NCBI GenBank assembly: GCA_009859145.1
Contig: VRVR01000025.1
Coordinates: forward strand, 71,617-135,616
Reading direction: 5' to 3'
DNA from: Andalucia godoyi And28
Taxonomy: Eukaryota > Protista > Jakobida
DNA: 64,000 nt
Shown here: positions 20,595-30,973 of the stretch, in pieces
Layout: each line of letters opens with the position of its first letter
Numbering within the stretch: position 1 is the stretch's first letter
The notes under the pieces: model-generated
The model's input: only the letters and a program-made list of their open reading frames with translations
What the model was told of the DNA's origin: nothing
Databases searched by the model: none
Position numbers and translations under genes: made by a program

Positions 20595-20686
20595 TATTTA
20601 TAGTTTGTGCAAACTTCCAGAAAGTGCTAAAAATTTCGTCACGCTTTCGTCACGCTTTCCGTCACACTTTCGTCACAGCTGACGTC
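20595..20686 (-). promoter_or_regulatory. HSP20 promoter: TATA box, heat-shock element and TTTCGTCAC repeats
   Basis: TATAAATA (minus strand, 20595-20602), TTCtgGAAgtTT HSE-like units (about 20612-20623), four TTTC(C)GTCAC units and a TGACGTCA palindrome (20634-20686). Confidence 0.6.
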
Positions 20687-21486
20687 ACAGAGAGCTGCGG
20701 AAGACACTTCCCGGCAAATATTTACTCAAAAAGTCTCATTCACCTTGAAGGCAACTCTTATTAAAAACAATAACGTTTTGCTATTTTTCGAACTGAGATT
20801 TTTATAATATAGAAAGGAACAAAATGAGATGCAATATTCGGAATCCCGTAAAAAATGCATCTCGAAGCGAGCGCGGTTAAACAGCCAAACGCGTATCTGT
20901 GGAAAACTAACCAAACTCAGCGGCCAAAAGGTGGCGCTGTAAACATTGTGGGTTCGACATGGATCGTGCTTGGCTTGGTTCTCGAAATATATGTTTTTTT
21001 GAAGCAATACTCAATCTTATTAAGCGCCTTGGCTTTGAGCGAAGTGCGCGATGGCTGCTTCGGCCCTTCTCCCTGTAGGGAGTTATAAGCATACATCCCA
21101 TGAAAGCGAGGTGAGTGTTGCCAGTACTGATCAACATTGATTAGCATTGGAACGAGGCGTACGTGGTTGTCCTGTGTGCACGAGCCATGACGTCAGCCGC
21201 ACACCAAAACATGAATCATTGGGTTGGCGTCGTTGCATATCGCATGCGCAATGATCTGATGATCATCAGCTTGCTCAACAAGTTGCGACGAGAGGGGATC
21301 AACGGGTTTCTCGGTTCTCGGTATCTTCGGGCATAGCCGGTCTGAGTTTGTTGGGAAGATCCCTCTTTGGAGCCATGCGATGTTTTTGTCTTTGTCTCTG
21401 ATGAAAGGTGCTGCTTGAGGGTTCGATAGGGAAAAGCAAGCATGTTGTTTGTTTGATATTCAATGTTTGATGCACAAAGCTGTCAG

Positions 21487-21943
21487 CCGTTGAATAATGA
21501 CACGTCATTGTCATGCATACGGAAGTATACATAAACAGACACGGTCAATACTGGCCGACACTAGCACCTTTTGTTTCACAGGAATTCGTGCTGATGCACG
21601 CTCGGCCAAAATTCAGCCGGTGGCACAGGCTCTGCATTTCCGACACTCTTTAACGCAACATCCGTAGCCATCTATTCTATCATTCGTTGGTTTGGTTTTT
21701 TGGTTTCACTTTTTGCAACGTTTGTTCCATAAGGCAACCGAGTATCGCGAGCGGCGGAAGCAAAGTGTTTGCATGTCCCGCGTGCAGCTCGCAGATTGAC
21801 CGAGATTGGGAACGGAGCGCGGAACATCTATCCGAAGAACGCTGTGAGGCGTGTTGGGGCCTATCCCCTTCCCGGCAACGGGATGCAAGACTGAATATGC
21901 ATGTCCGTTCGTAGATATGCATGTTCGGGGTACAACGTAGGCG
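21487..21943 (+). mobile_element. Non-autonomous Fanzor2/TnpB-derived element, family A copy 1 (retains zinc ribbon)
   Basis: 21714-21840 encodes CNVC-x10-GGSKVFACPACSSQIDRD/(+1 frameshift)WNGARNIY. It shares a ~210-bp left arm and a structured right end with the copies at 39536 and 56025. Confidence 0.8.
21856..21941 (+). ncRNA. Candidate omegaRNA scaffold (copy A1)
   Basis: GGGG-CCTAT-CCCC hairpin whose loop can pair with the terminal GTAGG, a TCCCG-GCAA-CGGGA GNRA hairpin and a long TTCG-capped hairpin. It lies directly 3' of a RuvC-III remnant. The function is inferred. Confidence 0.6.
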
Positions 21944-22216
21944 TCCTGGCCAGTCGTACATCCTATTTGAAAAAACCCAAGTTCTCCATCGTCCGTAGTT
22001 CCATGTTTCGCTCTTCTTTTCTGTTTTCCCCAATGTCCAAGCCATTGCACTGAGCCCTGCATCAGTCTTTGATTTCCGTCTTTTCTGTATTGTTTACTTA
22101 TTATAATTATAATTATAATGGTTTGTTTTGTTATTACTTTTTTGGTTTTCATCCGTGATCTTTTATAATTCTTTTATTGGCGGTGTTTTTTGAGAGCTTG
22201 TGGATCTTGGGCGAAC

Positions 22217-25200
22217 ATGAAAGTGAAGGCTCTTCAAAATCGAAGGTTTGCGAAAGATCGGAAACAATCGAAGCAAAAGCCAGAGTCTTCCTCTGAAAGC
22301 GAGGAAGTGGACGAGATTTTGGACTCTGATGAATTTTCGTCTTTGGATGAACGTTCCGAGCAAGACAGCCCTATCCACAATGATGATGAAAACGGTGGAT
22401 TCGAGAACATAGATGACGATGACGATGACGAAGCGCACGAAGAAGAAGAAGAAGAACAGGAGGAGGAGAAGGAAGAAGAAGAGATTGTGCGACCACCACT
22501 GAAGCGAGCGCGTCTTGCGTTTGAGATTGAGGCGGAAAATCAGAAATCAGTCAAGGAGCCAAAGCTATCAAAGGAAGCCTCGAAGATGACGGAAGCGGAA
22601 ATCCGATCGAAACGATTCAAACTGCAAGCTGATGCGCTGCTTGGGGAAGTCAAACCGTCGAAAGAAGTATTTCAGAATTGCGAGGCCTTTCTGAGAACAC
22701 TGCGTGATGCGCTCTTCTCAGTGTCTGCAGCGACGAGCCCGTCACAAAACGCAGTTCTTCTGGAAAATGGACTGGCGGACGTGCTTCACGCAGATGAATC
22801 AAACGACTGCGAAGCAAGGTTCGTGCCACCTTCGCAGATCCGGATTGTCGGAAGCTTTCTGCTTCGCTGTACGATTCGTCCGCGCCTAAATGTCGATGTC
22901 GCATGCGAAATTCCCTCGGAATGCTTCTTGCAAAAGGACTTTACGCACGGAAGGTATTTCAGGAAACGAGCGGCATGGCTCTTCATGTACGCAAAGCAGC
23001 TTCAGAAGAAATTGAACAAATTGGGTGTCACCATCAAGGTGTCTGATTTCAACGGGGACAAGTTTCGGCCGGTTTTGGAGCTCTCTGCAGCCGAACTGAT
23101 GCCGTTTACTGTTCGCATTTTGCCATGCCCATCAGACACACAGTTCTCGCTCGAGAAACTGTATTCGAGATCGTTGTTTGCAATTGCAGAGGACGCGACG
23201 TTGGTGCCCCATTTGGCATATCTTCACGATCAGTTTTTGCAGTACGATAATTTGCTGGCGGTCGCATCACTGGTCCGCGTTTGGCTGCACCAGAGGCCCC
23301 TACTGGAAAGGTTCGTGTCACCCTTCATGCTGACTATGTGTATCGCAAAGGAATGCACCACGAATCCGCTGTTGAAACATGCAGACCTGTATCATTTCTT
23401 CAAGGTATCCATGAAGGCAGTCCAGTCCGCCGCGGCTTCCGGATCTCTGACCGACGTGTCCGGGTCATTTTCGCTATCCCATGCATGTCCCTCGTGGGTA
23501 TTGCGACGGCTGGCGTATGAGGCAGGGCTGGCTGTTCAATTTATGGATGCAGAAGACTTCAGCGGACTGTTCTTACAAAAGGTTGATCCCCTCTTTTCCT
23601 TCGATGGGTTCTATGTATTTTCCCGGAAAGTGGGTCAAACCGAACTCGCACAGTTGTGCGAAAAAGTGGAATCGGCAATTTCCGGACGTGTTCGGTGTGT
23701 TTGCCCTGTGCTTGACTCCCTTTCTGGACGTCATGCGCAGTACTCGATGATCGGTTTCTTGTTGACCGGTGATACCAGCGAAGCATACAAGCAAGTCGTC
23801 ATGGGACCTGCTGCTGACGGGATTGCCGAGGAGATCGATGCCTTCCGAGGGATCTGGAAAGATAGAGCGGAAGTTCGCCGTTTCAAGGATGGCGCAATTT
23901 GCTGGTCTGCAGTTTTTCCCATTCCGAGCACTAAAAAGATTGTGGGTTCCAAGCGGGCATCGCTCGAAGATGTCACTCTGTGCCGTCGAACGTTCATCCT
24001 GGAGGAAATATTCCAGTTTTTGGTTGGCGATTCGAAGGGGCATATTCTGATGGATCCCATTCTTCCTTCTCTGATGGACGCTGCTGGAGAGGGCGATGAC
24101 ACTTCGGCGAAGCTCGAGTATGCTTCCGCATACGCCATCCGAGTTGCATTCAGCGAACTACAGTCCATGGTCATTCAGTGTGCATCGCTGCCTCTGCAAA
24201 TCATCTCTGTTCATTGTACGGATCCCGCAGCCCGCAACACCTCTTCTCATCTGTCCGCATACACAGATGACAGGCGTGTTGTTCCCGTGGTCGTCATTCT
24301 CGAATCCTCTTCCAGATGGCCGGCAAATGCACAGGCGATTGCGAGGCTGAAGACGGCAATGGCATTTAGAATGGCGCAAGAACTGGAGTCAAAATACCAC
24401 TGCGCTTGTCGTTTGACGGAGCAGTATCTCGATGTGAACCTCCGTCGTGCAGACGCTGACTCCAAAAAGCTGACATTTCGGTTGTTGCTGCGATCGGAAA
24501 ATCCGCTCGAAATCACAACGCTTCCGGTCAAGGATGCGCTTGTTTATGAACGAGAAACAAAGTATGCAGTGCAGCACCACATGTGGAGTCTTGATCTTTC
24601 CTTGAAGTTTGTGGGAAGGTACGGGGAAGCTTGTCGCTTGCTGGAGCGCTGGCTAGTGTCCCATGGTCTTTCTGGCTATTTCACTCAGGAATGGATGGAG
24701 CTCATTGTCGCCGCTGTGTTTCATCCGAGACTGTGCTCTCCCTACGGCATCCCACAGTCGTCGTGGATCGCCTTTTTGCGAGCCCTTCGATTGATTGGTA
24801 CCGTGGACTGGAGACGAGAACCGATCGATATTCGTGGAATGTCTGGCGAGGAAGTCCAGAAAGTGTTGGAAAGGGATGCCGTCAAAAAACAGTCGGATTC
24901 TGAGAAGGTTGTCGAAGGTATGGATGGCCCCCAGGAATCGGATGTTTCCGGAAAATCCGTGAAAAGGGGTGGTCGACACACTTTCAAGATATTATATGAT
25001 CTCGATCCAGAATTTGGTCACCGTTGGTCGATTGATGGACCAGAGGAAATGATTGTGGATCGAATGCAGACACTGGCACGCAAATCGCTCGCAAATCATG
25101 AGCGATGCGTTCTGAAACAGTCTTCTCAGTCTGCGTTTGCCAAGGAGTACGAAGCGGAGGTGATGTTTTCTGCAGAGGACTCTCGTCTGGCAATGGTTGT

Positions 25201-25666
25201 TCAGGACATGGACATGTTGATACGACGCAGAGTGTTTGCCTCGCGGACGTCTCGGCAACCTTGGTGTCAGTTTATGGGATTGGATACGCTTTATGACTGC
25301 TATCCGGAAGATGGCTTCCTGTCGCTGCTGCGAAAGCAGTTTGAGAACTACGCCTTTTTCTTTGAGCTAGACAAGAAACACATTGGAGTTGTTTTCAAGC
25401 CGCTTGCATTTCTTCCGACCCAGTTGCGAATTTCCTCTTCATTCTGCGCATTCCCTCTGGATGCCGACTGCGCTGCAGAGGGCCCAATGAAGAGCACCAC
25501 AGTGATCCCTAATGTTTTTGAACTTGTGCACGAAATCAAGTCGATTGGCAAGGGTGTTGTGGAAAGCATGGACTTTGTCGTTCGGGGGGACCAGTGGGAG
25601 AACAGATGCAGTCTTGAAGCGCAGCAGGAGGACAGCGACCCGTCCGATGCAGCAAGTGAGCCTTGA
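22217..25666 (+). CDS. NOL6: Nucleolar protein 6 / Utp22 (Nrap family)
   Basis: IVGSFLLRC...NVDVACEIP...KDFTHGRYFRKRA, FRGIWKDRAEVRRFKDGAI, ESSSRWP, YGEACRLLERWL. Acidic N-terminus. Confidence 0.9.
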   Translation: MKVKALQNRRFAKDRKQSKQKPESSSESEEVDEILDSDEFSSLDERSEQDSPIHNDDENGGFENIDDDDDDEAHEEEEEEQEEEKEEEEIVRPPLKRARLAFEIEAENQKSVKEPKLSKEASKMTEAEIRSKRFKLQADALLGEVKPSKEVFQNCEAFLRTLRDALFSVSAATSPSQNAVLLENGLADVLHADESNDCEARFVPPSQIRIVGSFLLRCTIRPRLNVDVACEIPSECFLQKDFTHGRYFRKRAAWLFMYAKQLQKKLNKLGVTIKVSDFNGDKFRPVLELSAAELMPFTVRILPCPSDTQFSLEKLYSRSLFAIAEDATLVPHLAYLHDQFLQYDNLLAVASLVRVWLHQRPLLERFVSPFMLTMCIAKECTTNPLLKHADLYHFFKVSMKAVQSAAASGSLTDVSGSFSLSHACPSWVLRRLAYEAGLAVQFMDAEDFSGLFLQKVDPLFSFDGFYVFSRKVGQTELAQLCEKVESAISGRVRCVCPVLDSLSGRHAQYSMIGFLLTGDTSEAYKQVVMGPAADGIAEEIDAFRGIWKDRAEVRRFKDGAICWSAVFPIPSTKKIVGSKRASLEDVTLCRRTFILEEIFQFLVGDSKGHILMDPILPSLMDAAGEGDDTSAKLEYASAYAIRVAFSELQSMVIQCASLPLQIISVHCTDPAARNTSSHLSAYTDDRRVVPVVVILESSSRWPANAQAIARLKTAMAFRMAQELESKYHCACRLTEQYLDVNLRRADADSKKLTFRLLLRSENPLEITTLPVKDALVYERETKYAVQHHMWSLDLSLKFVGRYGEACRLLERWLVSHGLSGYFTQEWMELIVAAVFHPRLCSPYGIPQSSWIAFLRALRLIGTVDWRREPIDIRGMSGEEVQKVLERDAVKKQSDSEKVVEGMDGPQESDVSGKSVKRGGRHTFKILYDLDPEFGHRWSIDGPEEMIVDRMQTLARKSLANHERCVLKQSSQSAFAKEYEAEVMFSAEDSRLAMVVQDMDMLIRRRVFASRTSRQPWCQFMGLDTLYDCYPEDGFLSLLRKQFENYAFFFELDKKHIGVVFKPLAFLPTQLRISSSFCAFPLDADCAAEGPMKSTTVIPNVFELVHEIKSIGKGVVESMDFVVRGDQWENRCSLEAQQEDSDPSDAASEP

Positions 25667-25994
25667 CGCCCATCGCACTGCTCGCAAAAACAGCAAACCA
25701 CGCACTTGGTGCTATCCATGCAACGAAACTCTTTGCTCTGCTTTCCCCCCACTCCCCCAGAGATTCAGACAATGCTCTTCCGCTTGGCCTTTTTTCTTCT
25801 CGTTCCATTCATGCCAGTCCATCGTCATTCCGATGCCCCTTCTGGAACGGTGCGCAAAACATCGATCTGAAGAACGCTTCAGCGTACTGGGGCCTGTCCC
25901 TGCTTCCTGAATTGAAAATTCGCATTCGGTGTTCAGGTGCAAGACCGACGGCCAGCAACGATTCACCATGTGTAGTGTACAATGTAGACACCCG
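25652..25994 (+). mobile_element. Non-autonomous Fanzor/TnpB-derived element, family B copy 2
   Basis: Inverted near-identical copy of 9586-9927, with the WNGAQNIDLKN remnant. It overlaps the NOL6 stop codon. Confidence 0.65.
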
Positions 25995-26305
25995 ACGCAG
26001 AGTCTGCTGAGTGATATTCTTTTGTGCAACATATACCTTTCTCCATCATGCATTTCCATTTATCTTTTCATTTTCAAATTAGCATTCTACAAACAAAATT
26101 CACAGGTTGTATTTTATTGTTTTTTAGTTTTTTGATTTTATTTATTAATTTATTTTTTGGCTCAATGTTTTCTTCATGTAAGCATCCGATGACTATCCAA
26201 AAATCCAAATATACGCGAACGACTATATCAACAAAAACACAAAGAAAAAGAAGAAGAAGAAGAAGAAGGAAAAAAACAAAGATTCTTCAAATTACTCTAG
26301 CATCA

Positions 26306-28480
26306 TCATACCTTGACAAAGGACCCTGTGCTGTTCCACGACGGACTGGGGCGATGCATGACCGTTGGTCGGTTGACACTCAGAATCGACCCCGGTCTTG
26401 ACGGGACCTTTCCGGATCCGTTGGAGGACACCAATGCCATTGACAATGGAACTCGCTCAACCGGCGGAGACCGCGAACGACATGGGATTGGCGACTGTCT
26501 CGTCACGAATCTTCTGTCAACGCCTACAACTGCAGCTGCAGCTGCAGCGGACGACGACGACGTTGAAGACCCCGAGACGCGAGAGGAATTGGAACTTGCA
26601 GAACTCATGTTGCTTCGCGCAGATGACGAGCCCCGCATGGCGGATGTGCTGCGGACAGTCGAAGACCCGGATCGCGACGACATGGCAGCCATTGATGGCT
26701 GGTCTGAAATGGAAGCAAGAGAACCACGTCGGCTCGCAGACTTCAACTTCAAGCGCATTGTTGCTGGAGATGGAGGTCCCGTTTGTCCAAAGGTGGATGG
26801 CAACGCGGCAACGGCTTGTCCAGTCAGCATGCGCGGGTTCAGCAGTTGGTCAATCGTGCGCTTCTCTTCAAACCACTTTTGCAGCAGAATATTATAATAG
26901 CGAGGAGAGTCGAAGAATGCTTGATATTTCCCAGTGTTGCTGTTCGGGAAGATGCGTCGGAAGCCCCGAGCTCGATTTTCCTCGTCATAGGTCTCTTTGA
27001 GAATGATCAGCTCCTCTTCCGTCAGCTCATCGAGTGAACAATTCATCAAGTCAAAGACTGTCCGTTGGCGATTGAATACTGACAACGTGTTGCCCTTTGG
27101 GGAAACCGAGGAAGCATGCTCGTCACTGGATCCAGATCCCGCATGCGTAGGAAGAATTGCCGCTGACGAAACATTCGATTCGAAACCCAGCAGCCTCGCC
27201 TGCTTGCGATCTTCGACTTCCTTGGCCCATTTCTTCCTGTCATATGGCACAAAACCAGCAAGATGGAACAAGTCGGAAAGAAGACGGTACTTGATACTCT
27301 TGTCCATGGGAGAAGACGCGGACAGGGACGGCATGATGTTCACCTCGATGACGTATGGCTTCAGATTCTCGTCCAGCAGAACATCGAAGCCGAACAACTC
27401 GAAGCAGGCTCCGCGATCATGAATGGAGCGCTTAAGCTTGGTGTTGACTTCTGCGTCTGCAGCGATAATCGTCTTGATAATGACGTCTTCGATTCTGAGA
27501 AACAGTGCATCATCATCGATGCCTTGGTCCTGCAGATACTTACGGAACGCCTTCAGCGACCATTTCGACCCAGTTCCGTCTTCCTGGTCATCGGTATTCT
27601 TGACGAAATCCTTGCTCTTCTTGTTCACTGCGTAATTCGTAAGGTGCATGAACCGATTCTTGATGGTTTTTGCAGATTTTGAGTACTTGGCGGTGGAGAA
27701 CCGCGTCAAGCCATCGTCGAACATGTGGATGCGCAACGGGTCAAACGACGTCACTGCGACATAAATGCGCAAGTCGAATTTGTATCCGTTGATGGTCATT
27801 GGGTTGTCAATGTATCTTTGGACAAGCTGTTTCTTTGACTTGCTCAGTGCCTTGGGCCCGTCCACAAGCCGAATCCCACGCCCACATGCCGATGCCGGTG
27901 GCTTCGAGATCCAAAATGCGTTTGGATTCCTCTCCATTTCGCACACGAGCAGTCCAAAATCCTGCGGGAGCAAGTACGAACCTGGAAAAAAGTCGTACTC
28001 CTCTCCACCAACAAGCCTTTTCATCCGAGCCAAATTGCGGGCAAGATTATCTTTTCTTCCGATCGCCCACGTTCCCGGAAAATGATTCGTCTTTTGAAAC
28101 CTGTTCAGCATTCCGTACTCCTCCTGCTTCAAATGCTTGGACCAGATGCAGTTCGGAAGTGAAAACGACTCGTAGCTTGTGTCCGATTCGGTGATCTGCT
28201 TGAATCCTGCTCGTTTGAACGCAGACTTCACGCACATGTACTCCACCGCCTCCCCACAAATCTTGAAATACAAGTTCCGATGCACCTGTTTCTTGAGGCC
28301 CTTCATTCGCGGCAATGACGCATCCGGCTTCTCGCCTTTAACAGGAAAGTAGATCGTCCCAGGTCGATCCGAGAACAACGACGGAAGTATAACAGCGGCG
28401 CCGCCACCACCTCCCTTTTCATGATCCGCATCAATCTCTGCATCCACGTCAAGATCAAGATCAACGTCCGCAACAGACAT
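26306..28480 (-). CDS. Tubulin polyglutamylase, TTLL4/5-like
   Basis: NHFPGTWAIGRKD, WISKPPASACGRGI, VQRYI, KFDLRIYV, HLTNYAVN, FELFGFDVLLD, IEVNIMPS. Confidence 0.9.
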   Translation of the reverse strand: MSVADVDLDLDVDAEIDADHEKGGGGGAAVILPSLFSDRPGTIYFPVKGEKPDASLPRMKGLKKQVHRNLYFKICGEAVEYMCVKSAFKRAGFKQITESDTSYESFSLPNCIWSKHLKQEEYGMLNRFQKTNHFPGTWAIGRKDNLARNLARMKRLVGGEEYDFFPGSYLLPQDFGLLVCEMERNPNAFWISKPPASACGRGIRLVDGPKALSKSKKQLVQRYIDNPMTINGYKFDLRIYVAVTSFDPLRIHMFDDGLTRFSTAKYSKSAKTIKNRFMHLTNYAVNKKSKDFVKNTDDQEDGTGSKWSLKAFRKYLQDQGIDDDALFLRIEDVIIKTIIAADAEVNTKLKRSIHDRGACFELFGFDVLLDENLKPYVIEVNIMPSLSASSPMDKSIKYRLLSDLFHLAGFVPYDRKKWAKEVEDRKQARLLGFESNVSSAAILPTHAGSGSSDEHASSVSPKGNTLSVFNRQRTVFDLMNCSLDELTEEELIILKETYDEENRARGFRRIFPNSNTGKYQAFFDSPRYYNILLQKWFEEKRTIDQLLNPRMLTGQAVAALPSTFGQTGPPSPATMRLKLKSASRRGSLASISDQPSMAAMSSRSGSSTVRSTSAMRGSSSARSNMSSASSNSSRVSGSSTSSSSAAAAAAVVGVDRRFVTRQSPIPCRSRSPPVERVPLSMALVSSNGSGKVPSRPGSILSVNRPTVMHRPSPSWNSTGSFVKV

Positions 28481-28949
28481 TCTTCTTCTTTTCTTCTCTC
28501 AAAACAAAACAAAACAAAACAATTATGGAAAAAACACACCACACACCACACGCACAGAGACAGACAGACACACCCGACAGTAAGTACTTGATTAGCAGAC
28601 TGTTTTTGTTTTTGTTCTTGTTTTTTCAAGAAAAATGAAAAACCAAAAGAACGAAACCGACTGGTTGAGAAAAACGGATCAGGAAGATGGATTCTTTCAA
28701 AACGGCACTACGGCAAAAATGCATGGTCCAAACAGTTCTCCAATTGGCAATTGTCCGACAAAAGCGACATCCAAATGCCCCATTACTGCCGTTGTTAAAA
28801 AAGGCCGACTACCTACGGCAGGCAAGTGGGAAAATCTGAGAATCTTTGAAAAGCAAAATGCTGAAGAAGAAAGAAAAAGAAACGAGATGGGAAAGCAAAA
28901 GGAGTGAGTACTGAAGAACAAACGGATTTCATTTTTAACATATGGGGTA

Positions 28950-29378
28950 TTACAAGACCTTCTTGGTCAAGAGATAGAGTCTCATATCGGGATCGATTTT
29001 TGCCATGTGTTTAGGGTTCCCCGAAAGCTTGAGCAACAGGCCTCCAAACGACGCAAACACGGCCATCTTGTCTCCTTCTGCGAGGATCTTGTACACTTTT
29101 CCGCTCATGACATAGTCGTAGTCGTCTGCGAGCGTTCGGTTCTGTGCTATGTGCGGGTCATACACAAAATCATCGGGGGATCCATCCCGAGCGATCGTAG
29201 ACGCAAGCACGAGCTTCAGCTTCTCGCCCTCGTCAACGGGATAGATGTCCGTTGCAATGTCCAGCTCGAGATCCATCGCGCATTGCTGCGAATGAACACT
29301 GTAGATCCGAGACACTCGCTCGAACTTTTGGTCTCGAGGCCGACTCGAAATCACAAATATATCTTCAAACAACGACAT
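28950..29378 (-). CDS. RPB8: RNA polymerase I/II/III shared subunit RPABC3
   Basis: LFEDIF...KFERVSRI, LDIATDIYP, LADDYDYVMSGKVYK, ASFGGLLLKL. Confidence 0.97.
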   Translation of the reverse strand: MSLFEDIFVISSRPRDQKFERVSRIYSVHSQQCAMDLELDIATDIYPVDEGEKLKLVLASTIARDGSPDDFVYDPHIAQNRTLADDYDYVMSGKVYKILAEGDKMAVFASFGGLLLKLSGNPKHMAKIDPDMRLYLLTKKVL

Positions 29379-29701
29379 GTTTCCGGCACAGACTCGTACA
29401 GGCTCTGTCGCTCAAAACGGAATTCAAGATAAAAATAAAAATAAAACCAGCTATTCAGTAATAATAGCAGCAATAATAATAATAATAGGAATAGCAGTCA
29501 TAATAAATCACAAAGCAATAACAATAACGTGTCAGTAATTCGATGGGAATGAGTTGGTGCAGATTGCAGAATAGGGGAAAAGGGCGAAGAGGCGTGATGA
29601 CACTACAGCAGATGGCGAATCGTCACTCATACAAAAATAAAACAAAAGCCAAAACAGAAGAAAAGAAGAAAGAAGAAAGAAGAAGAAGAAAGGGAGAGTG
29701 T

Positions 29702-30973
29702 TTATTCGAATTTCTTGGCTTCTGGAAGAGCAAACAAGTCTTCTTCGACGAAGCTGGAGGGAGAGGTGGGGTTCGGACTGACTGGAACGGCATTTGTGCT
29801 TTGGGGTGGATTCTGGGCCGAGGCTGCTGCTGCGGTTCCTGCTGCCTGTGCTGGCTGCAGATATTGTGGTTGCTGTGGTTGCTGTGGTTGCTGTGGTTGC
29901 TGCGGTTGCTGCGGTTGCTGCGGATACTGCGGCTGGAACTGCGGTTGCGCCGCATTCTGTGGATACTGTCCATACTGCATTGGTTGGACAGGCGGCTGCT
30001 GTGGCTGAAAAGCCGGAGGATATGCAAAGCCGGGTGCGGGAGGCTGCTGTCCGGGAGCATAGTTGCTCTGCGGGACTTGCTGTGGATATACTTGTCCCAT
30101 CGGCTGTCCATACATCGGCTGCTGTTGCTGCTGCTGCTGCTGCATAGGATATCCAAACTGTTGATGCTGCGGTTGTGGTTGTTGGGTATTCATCATCATC
30201 ATTGTCATCATTCGCTGCTGCTGGATAGCTTGTTGCTGCATGACCTCCTGATGACGGTTCATCTGGACTTGCTGCAGCTGCTCAGCGGTGATTACATCGG
30301 AAGGTCCGTACTCTCCTGCCCAGACCTTGAGCCATGCCACTCGGGAAATAAACATGGAAACACTCACAAACGCCAGCGGAATCATCAGAAACGCAAAGAC
30401 AAGCATCGCCAGCGCTGGATCATCCCCAAAAAATAAGAACAGCAGAATAAGAAATAGCTCCAATCCCATCAACACCATGTGGATCATATCCCAGACATAC
30501 GAAACGCGCGTCAAACGGATAGTCGCCACATCTGCAGGAACACTGCCGCCTGCACCGACACCTGCAGCGGGAGCGGCCGCGGTCATAGCGGTAGCACCTT
30601 GTGGCGCTGTCGTTGACGCGTGGGTGTTGCTGGAAAGCCGGTTCGCTTCCTCGTCGTCGTCGTCGTCGTCCTCGTCCATCAGCTGATTAAAGTCCGAAGA
30701 CTGGTGCTGCTGCTGCGGCGGCGACCTTGCTTGCGTTGCCGGTTGCAACGTTCGTACAGAAGGCGCCACGTAGAACTTTCGGAAATGCGATCCCAAATAC
30801 GCCTTGTACGCTCCATTAAGCAGCAGTGACCACATAAACAAATTCAGAAAGTCTCCAGAGATCATATACAGCAGCGACAGAAGAACATTCAGCAGCGAGC
30901 CGAGATAGTACAATGACGGAACCGGAATCGCATAGAATCGCTGCCGAGTCCGTTCGCCCAATGTCAGAGTCAT
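29702..30973 (-). CDS. Hypothetical multi-pass membrane protein with Gln/Pro-rich cytosolic tail
   Basis: 423-aa ORF with about 4 hydrophobic segments, poly-D and QQP repeats. No family recognised. Confidence 0.65.
   Translation of the reverse strand: MTLTLGERTRQRFYAIPVPSLYYLGSLLNVLLSLLYMISGDFLNLFMWSLLLNGAYKAYLGSHFRKFYVAPSVRTLQPATQARSPPQQQHQSSDFNQLMDEDDDDDDEEANRLSSNTHASTTAPQGATAMTAAAPAAGVGAGGSVPADVATIRLTRVSYVWDMIHMVLMGLELFLILLFLFFGDDPALAMLVFAFLMIPLAFVSVSMFISRVAWLKVWAGEYGPSDVITAEQLQQVQMNRHQEVMQQQAIQQQRMMTMMMMNTQQPQPQHQQFGYPMQQQQQQQQPMYGQPMGQVYPQQVPQSNYAPGQQPPAPGFAYPPAFQPQQPPVQPMQYGQYPQNAAQPQFQPQYPQQPQQPQQPQQPQQPQQPQYLQPAQAAGTAAAASAQNPPQSTNAVPVSPNPTSPSSFVEEDLFALPEAKKFE

Noticed and set aside
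21943-21965. Checked whether the element 3' flanks (putative guides) match other sites in the window
   Set aside because: No match was noticed by eye for any of the six flanks. A genome-wide and virus-database search is needed.
25660-25810. RTWCYPCNETLC...FH reading suggested a piggyBac C-terminal cysteine-rich domain
   Set aside because: The leading CxxC is missing and there are no TTAA or TIR ends. The same element carries the NGAQNI motif and the right end shared with the Fanzor family, which explains it better.
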